IMG/VR virus record: IMGVR_UViG_3300032241_001451
Source of the DNA: an uncultured virus (IMG/VR IMGVR_UViG_3300032241_001451)
Taxonomy: Duplodnaviria > Heunggongvirae > Uroviricota > Caudoviricetes
Direction: 5' to 3' (one strand)
DNA: 20,000 nt
Shown here piece by piece: positions 14,875-20,000 of the stretch. A model generated the notes under the pieces. The model did no database searches and was not told the origin of the DNA. It was given only the letters and a program-made list of their open reading frames with translations. Position 1 is the first letter of the stretch; each line of letters opens with the position of its first letter. The translations under genes were made by a program, and so were the position numbers.

Positions 14875-15693
14875 ATGCCAATTTCTCGTGCAGGCGGTGG
14901 GTCAACGGGCGGCCGCAAGATGGCCCAACCGTCTGCACAGGAATTGCAACGCGCAATTGGCGCAGGAAGAATGCTGGGTTACACTAAAGCCCAGATGACA
15001 GGCCTGTTTAATGTAGGTCTTACAAGTCCTTTATCAAATGTTCCAACTGCAGCATCTAAGGGCTCATTTAATGAATTTCTTGATTTAAGTAATGATGAGA
15101 GTATTCTCAGTTACTACAACCCACAAAGTTTTAGAACAGCACAATCCCGTAACCAAGCGGGAGAAGCCATTGCTACAGGCATAGATACAGGTCTTGGTTA
15201 TTTTGACGCTGCTGGTAATCCAGTAGACCGCTCTTCTTACCGTCAGTCCTACGATGAAGATGAAGATACAGGCGAATTAATTATTCCTGGTATTAAAGGA
15301 CCACAGGCAGACGAAGGTACAGCCCCTGCCCCTATTAGCATGGTTCCTACTTCAACCTCTAATCCAGAACGTCCACGTACTGTTGGTGCTGGCTATGATT
15401 CAGCACGTCAAGTACTTACTGTTATTTTTAGAGATGGTACTTTTTATAATTACTACGAAGTCAACACAAACGAATGGTCAGCCTTTAAAAGTACCAAATC
15501 CAAAGGTGTTTATATTTACTCAGTTTTAGACTACCATCCTCGTGGTCCAGCAAGTACTAATGACGTTAGTCCTAAAGTACGTGAGAATCTATATAGGATT
15601 GCTCGTGCTGTGCAGGTACAAAAAAGAGGGCGCAATTTCTATGCAGAGCGTAAGAAAGCGGCTAAGAAACGGACTACTACAAAGAAAAGGTAG
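14875..15693 (+). CDS. KTSC-domain protein with a long N-terminal extension
   Basis: GYDSARQVLTVIFRDGTFYNYYEV...WSAFKSTKSKGVYI. Confidence 0.8.
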   Translation: MPISRAGGGSTGGRKMAQPSAQELQRAIGAGRMLGYTKAQMTGLFNVGLTSPLSNVPTAASKGSFNEFLDLSNDESILSYYNPQSFRTAQSRNQAGEAIATGIDTGLGYFDAAGNPVDRSSYRQSYDEDEDTGELIIPGIKGPQADEGTAPAPISMVPTSTSNPERPRTVGAGYDSARQVLTVIFRDGTFYNYYEVNTNEWSAFKSTKSKGVYIYSVLDYHPRGPASTNDVSPKVRENLYRIARAVQVQKRGRNFYAERKKAAKKRTTTKKR

Positions 15694-15695
15694 CA

Positions 15696-16094
15696 ATGCC
15701 CAAGGTACACAACATCGGACCAACATTTGTACAAATTACTAACTTCCCCTATAAATGGGGCGCAAAGTTTATTGTGCGTGGTTGGACTCAAGAAATTGAA
15801 GACCCTTTTAGAACTTCAAAGCCATTTATAGTACGCTTGCCTAGGTACAAGGCATTAGTCTTGGGACGATGGACTGGAACAACAAATGAAGAGAGCGCTC
15901 TTAGCGGAGCACTACAGACACGGGAAGTAACTTATGATGATTTTACGGAAGAAAAAGGCTGGATACCAGCCCCAGACTCGGATTCAAAAGAGAGTCTCGA
16001 TGATATCTACTCCAGACTTGATTCAATGGATGGAACAGTCGATGTACACGATTGGCAAACTTATTACCGTTTGGCAAAAGAATCCGAGCAATAA
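15696..16094 (+). CDS. hypothetical protein
   Basis: Open frame starting 2 nt after the upstream stop. Confidence 0.75.
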   Translation: MPKVHNIGPTFVQITNFPYKWGAKFIVRGWTQEIEDPFRTSKPFIVRLPRYKALVLGRWTGTTNEESALSGALQTREVTYDDFTEEKGWIPAPDSDSKESLDDIYSRLDSMDGTVDVHDWQTYYRLAKESEQ

Positions 16095-16182
16095 AGACTA
16101 TATGAATGAAATTTTGATGGGTACAGAAGTCTTCCATGAAATTGCTAAAGAATTACAAAGACGCTCTGAATCTATGCTATGA
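15934..16182 (+). CDS. hypothetical helical protein overlapping the upstream gene; start uncertain
   Basis: Protein-like amphipathic sequence extending 88 nt beyond the upstream stop. Confidence 0.6.
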   Translation: MMILRKKKAGYQPQTRIQKRVSMISTPDLIQWMEQSMYTIGKLITVWQKNPSNKDYMNEILMGTEVFHEIAKELQRRSESML

Positions 16183-16183
16183 T
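16175..16183 (+). promoter_or_regulatory. extended -10 promoter (TGcTATGAT)
   Basis: Near-consensus TGn-TATAAT; predicted +1 at about G16190. Confidence 0.6.
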
Positions 16184-16189
16184 TTCTTT

Positions 16190-16241
16190 GCTTCACCTCT
16201 CTCCAGGTCTGGCGGACCCACTTCGGTGGGTCTCGCTATTT
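16190..16241 (+). ncRNA. candidate small RNA or structured terminase leader
   Basis: ACCT-CTCTCC-AGGT hairpin followed by GACCCAC-TTCG-GTGGGTC (cUUCGg tetraloop). Confidence 0.4.
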
Positions 16242-16253
16242 AGATAGGGAATT

Positions 16254-17837
16254 ATGGAAAACTATAACGAAGAAAAATTTGAAGAGATAAACCCCGAATT
16301 TTATCTTCAAGATGAGACACCTGTTGAAGAAGAGGTTATCAATGACCTGGATGAACTTTCTCAAGATTTTGTAAATAAACTTATAGATAAGATTATGGAC
16401 TTTCTTGTAGTCCTAGTTGGTCATGACTTGCACCCTTATCAAAAACCTTTAGCACGTCGCATTATTGAGTCTGTCGTCATTAACGATGGTGAAGAAATTA
16501 CAGCCCTTGCTTCCCGTCAGTCAGGTAAATCTGAAACAGTGGCAGATACAGTAGCGACATTGATGGTTCTTTTACCTCGGCTTGCTAAGTTATACCCAGA
16601 CCTTCTTGGAAAATTTAAAGATGGTTTATGGGTCGGGTTGTTTGCTCCAACAGAAGGACAGGCTGAAACTTTATTTGGGCGTACCGTCACACGTCTTACA
16701 TCTGAGCGTGCTATTGAGATTATGGATGACCCAGAGATTGATGATAGCGCTGCACGTGTAGGTGGAGTTACTCGTCAAATTAAACTTAAGAAATCTGGTT
16801 CTACTATTACGATGATGACTGCAAACCCTCGTGCAAAAATTGAATCTAAGTCTTTCCATGTTGTTGTTATTGATGAGTGTCAAGAAGCAGATGACTTTGT
16901 TGTGTCTAAGTCAATCTCACCTATGCTTGCTTATTATGCTGGAACAATGGTTAAAACAGGTACTCCTACAACCAGTAAGAATAACTTCTATAGAAGTATC
17001 CAACTTAACCGTAGACGCCAAACTGCACGTGGTGCACGTCAAAACCATTTTCAATGGGATTGGAAAGATGTAGCAAAAGTTCAAGCAAATTACGAAAAGT
17101 TCATACGTAAAGAGATGCTTCGTATTGGTGAAGACTCTGACGAGTTTCAGATGTCGTATAACTGTAAGTGGTTGTTGGAACGTGGAATGTTTGTTACTTC
17201 AACAATCATGGATGAACTTGGAGATACCTCTCAAGAAATTGTTAAAGCCTGGCATAAAACTCCAGTAGTAGTTGGCGTTGACCCAGCACGTAAGACTGAC
17301 TCAACAGTAGTAACTGTTGTGTGGGTAGATTGGGATAGACCAGATGAGTTTGGGTATTTTGACCACCGTGTCTTGAATTGGCTAGAAATTCAAGGAGACG
17401 ATTGGGAAGAGCAGTACTTTCAAATTGTTAACTTCTTAGAAAATTATGATGTCCTTGCCGTAGGCGTAGACGCTAACGGTGTGGGCGATGCTGTAGCGCA
17501 AAGATTAAAACTTCTCTTGCCACGTGCTGAGGTAAGTTCAATTACTTCTAGCCCATCAGAGCAATCTAAGAGATGGAAGCACCTACAAGCCCTTATTCAA
17601 CGCAAAATGATTAGTTGGCCTGCTCATGCAAAAACTCGGCGCCTTCGTACTTTCAAAAGGTTTTATCAACAAATGGTTGATGCCGAAGTTACATTTAAAG
17701 GGCCAAATTTCCTTGTAGCGGCTCCTGAAGAAACATATGCCCATGATGACTTTGTAGATTCACTTTCTATTGCTTGTAGCCTTACCCAAAACCTAGTAAT
17801 GCCAGAAGTAGTGGCTTCTAGTAATCCCTTCTTTTAA
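16254..17837 (+). CDS. terL: terminase large subunit
   Basis: Walker A ASRQSGKSE, Walker B VVVIDECQE, coupling motif TGTP, RNase H-like GVDPAR...HDDFVDS; upstream of the portal. Confidence 0.95.
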   Translation: MENYNEEKFEEINPEFYLQDETPVEEEVINDLDELSQDFVNKLIDKIMDFLVVLVGHDLHPYQKPLARRIIESVVINDGEEITALASRQSGKSETVADTVATLMVLLPRLAKLYPDLLGKFKDGLWVGLFAPTEGQAETLFGRTVTRLTSERAIEIMDDPEIDDSAARVGGVTRQIKLKKSGSTITMMTANPRAKIESKSFHVVVIDECQEADDFVVSKSISPMLAYYAGTMVKTGTPTTSKNNFYRSIQLNRRRQTARGARQNHFQWDWKDVAKVQANYEKFIRKEMLRIGEDSDEFQMSYNCKWLLERGMFVTSTIMDELGDTSQEIVKAWHKTPVVVGVDPARKTDSTVVTVVWVDWDRPDEFGYFDHRVLNWLEIQGDDWEEQYFQIVNFLENYDVLAVGVDANGVGDAVAQRLKLLLPRAEVSSITSSPSEQSKRWKHLQALIQRKMISWPAHAKTRRLRTFKRFYQQMVDAEVTFKGPNFLVAAPEETYAHDDFVDSLSIACSLTQNLVMPEVVASSNPFF

Positions 17838-17916
17838 CAACACAATCTGCCCAAAAGGGTGGAAACTATTACCAAGGAAAAAGGCCTTTCCTATCAACAA
17901 TCCTTAAGGAGTAAGA

Positions 17917-18312
17917 ATGACAATTTCACCAGCCCCACGCTTCCCAGAGCGTGCGCCTAACGTGTATGAAGTAAAGGGTGCAGATAATGCAACCCGTCGT
18001 GGACCACTTCGTTTTGAAGAAGGTATCGCAACTGATACTGACGTCCCAACAGATTTCCAGAAGGGCATGACCCAAGGTCTTGTCCCTGCTGCAGGTCGTC
18101 CAAACCGCAACGCTAACGTATTCGAGAAGCCTGCTGCAGAAACTCTTGCAGAGCGTGCTCACGTTGGTTCAGCATCATGGGTAGAAGCACCAACATTCCT
18201 TGGTGAGTTCGCTCATGGAACATATGCTGACAACTCAGCGGCAAAGATTGAAACAGCAGTTCGCTCAGGTGGACGTTCACAACGTCAATCTGCAACTGTA
18301 GTTAACGACTAG
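17917..18312 (+). CDS. conserved hypothetical protein in the head-gene region
   Basis: AAGGAG SD; codon usage biased as in highly expressed genes; between terL and portal. Confidence 0.8.
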   Translation: MTISPAPRFPERAPNVYEVKGADNATRRGPLRFEEGIATDTDVPTDFQKGMTQGLVPAAGRPNRNANVFEKPAAETLAERAHVGSASWVEAPTFLGEFAHGTYADNSAAKIETAVRSGGRSQRQSATVVND

Positions 18313-18330
18313 TTTAAAAAGACACTCCTA

Positions 18331-18354
18331 TGCCCCTACACTAGTGTGGGGGCA
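18331..18354 (+). other. strong intergenic hairpin
   Basis: TGCCCCTACA-CTAG-TGTGGGGGCA; no U-tract. Confidence 0.6.
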
Positions 18355-18378
18355 ATAGGGTATGGAGAGGAGTAATAC

Positions 18379-18630
18379 ATGGCAAGCAAACCAGCCAACC
18401 CAAAGATGTGGGCGATGATTATTGCGCAAGCAAAAGCCAAATACTCCAATTACCCAAATCCAGGTGCATCACATTGGGTACATAAAACGTATGTTGAACA
18501 TGGCGGTCGCTTTATTGAAACAACAGAAGCAGACCGTCGCAAAGGTATTGAAAAGAAGAAGGCAGAACGTAAGAAGACTAAAGAGTCTGTTACCGATAAG
18601 AAGCCTTCTAAGAAAGATAAGAAGAAGTAA
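18379..18630 (+). CDS. small basic phage protein
   Basis: GAGGAG SD; NPKMW...AKAKY..YP...WV...Y...GG.F; Lys-rich tail. Confidence 0.8.
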   Translation: MASKPANPKMWAMIIAQAKAKYSNYPNPGASHWVHKTYVEHGGRFIETTEADRRKGIEKKKAERKKTKESVTDKKPSKKDKKK

Positions 18631-18737
18631 TGACCACTGCTAGTATTACAGGAATTAAGACCTGTTCTAAGTGTGGCATTGAAAAACCTTTAAATGGGGT
18701 TTGTAACCTCCATAAGATTAAGGAGGTGATGCCATGA
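18630..18737 (+). pseudogene. collapsed HNH/homing endonuclease remnant, 35 aa (MTTASITGIKTCSKCGIEKPLNGVCNLHKIKEVMP)
   Basis: KTCSKCGIEKPL matches the N-terminus KTCNRCKIEKPL of the HNH at 7302..7772 and is fused to a CNxxK C-terminal piece; TAATG and ATGA couplings are intact. Confidence 0.65.
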
Positions 18738-20000
18738 GTTTCCTAGATTTTTCTCCGCCCTCTTATAGAGCGGCGTCTTCTGATTTAACAATTTCTATTT
18801 CCCCACTGGGGTTAGTTGAATTAGCAGACGAGGAATTCGAATGAAGTCCATGGTCCTCGCCTAAACCGTTATTCACTTAATTGGGCGATGTACTTGGGAC
18901 ACCATTGGGGTTATCGTAGAGAAACTGGCGAAATGCAAATCGCACTTAACTACTACCGTGCATTTAATGACTTCTTAGCACGCTTTACTTTTGGTAAAGG
19001 CGTGCATTTTCGTTCGCCAAAAGCAACGGAAGCAATTGTTCCTGACCGCTTAGAGCGTGTGTGGGAAGTTGATAATGACAAGATGCGTGTGCTACTTGAA
19101 ATGGCACAGCAAGGCGGAATTACTGGCGATGTATTTGTTAAAGTTGCATACGAAGAGCCATGGGTAGATTCAGCAGGAGGAAAACATCCTGGTCGTGTTC
19201 GTATCCTTCCTATGAACTCATCATTTTGTTTCCCTGAGTTTCACCCACACGACCGTACACGTCTACTTCGTTTTAAGCAGAAGTATCGTTTCTGGGGAAC
19301 TTCTCTTGAAGGAACGCGCCAAGTATTCACGTATACTGAGATTCTTACTGACGATGTTATTGAAGAATACATTAACGATGAGTTGATTGACTCACGCCCA
19401 AATCCACTTGGAGTAGTTCCAGTGGTGCATATTCCTAATGTGCCTGTATCAGGCTCACCATGGGGACTAGCAGATGCACATGACATCATTACTATTAACC
19501 GTGCTTACAATGAAATCTCTACAGATATAGCAGACATCATTAACTATCACGCTTCTCCTGTGACAGTTATTATCGGTGCTAAAGCATCTAACCTTGAAAA
19601 GGGCGCCAAGAAAGTATGGGGCGGTCTTCCAAAGGATTCACAAGTATTTAACCTTGAAGGTGGAGCATCAGGAATTGATGGAGCGCTTAAATATTTAGAC
19701 CTTCTTAAGACGTCTATGCACGAGATTATGAACATCCCAGAGACTGCTCTTGGACAAGTTCAGCCAATTTCAAATACCTCTGGTGTTGCTCTTTCTATTC
19801 AGTATCAGCCATTGATGAACCGCTACAGTCAAAAGGTTGCTCAATACGGTAAAGGCATTGAGAAGATTAACGAACTCGTACTTCGTACTCTTGCCTTCAA
19901 AGAGCCAGATACTTTCTTATACAACCCAGATACAGATGGACCAATTAAGCCAGGTCAGTTGACACAACTTGACCCTAATGACTCTATCACCTACATGAAC
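18734..20000 (+). CDS. portal protein (partial); frame interrupted at 18842
   Basis: AGGAGGTGA SD and ATG 18734 give 36 codons (MSFLDFSPPSY...LADEEFE) then TGA. A second frame is open from 18825 to the window end (EVHGPRLNRY...NPLGVVPVVHIPN...SPWG...SNTSGVAL), with SPP1 gp6-like portal motifs. It follows terL. Confidence 0.85.

Noticed and set aside
16254..17837. Intein or intron in terL
   Set aside because: The 527-aa frame is continuous with normal motif spacing and no splicing motifs.
18842..18880. TGA readthrough or stop-codon reassignment to explain the portal break
   Set aside because: Reading through TGA stays in the wrong frame and hits TAA at 18878-80; TGA ends many other genes normally.
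4249..19735. Antisense and alternative-frame ORFs in the track (e.g. 4798..5064, 5766..6131, 11009..11242, 12296..12586, 19241..19489)
   Set aside because: They lie wholly within well-supported genes and have shadow-ORF composition.

Overview
This window is part of a low-GC tailed dsDNA phage genome. The host is probably an actinobacterium, inferred from a conserved actinobacterial CxxC...CxHH protein, PASTA proteins and leaderless promoters. From left to right: (1) a leftward run of small genes (1-622) sharing a start-associated motif; (2) a ~1.3 kb non-coding divergent region (623-1926) dense in hairpins, with a ~580 nt structured RNA candidate on the minus strand (including a compact double-pseudoknot domain), a second candidate on the plus strand, and a central GC hairpin flanked almost symmetrically by two identical 14-bp sites; (3) an accessory block with three PD-(D/E)XK-like paralogs, an Arr-like ADP-ribosyltransferase, HNH proteins, a ParB-like protein, an HslV/proteasome-beta-like protease and an FmdB zinc ribbon; (4) a lysis block with a permuted NlpC/P60 protein, a CHAP endolysin, DUF1003 and holin-like genes; (5) two PASTA paralogs and a KTSC protein; (6) the large terminase and the start of the portal gene. 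The portal frame is broken after codon 36 at GAA-T-GAA, directly behind a collapsed HNH endonuclease gene. This is a candidate 4-nt ribosomal bypass cassette, unless it is a sequence error. All family calls come from manual motif recognition, not database searches.
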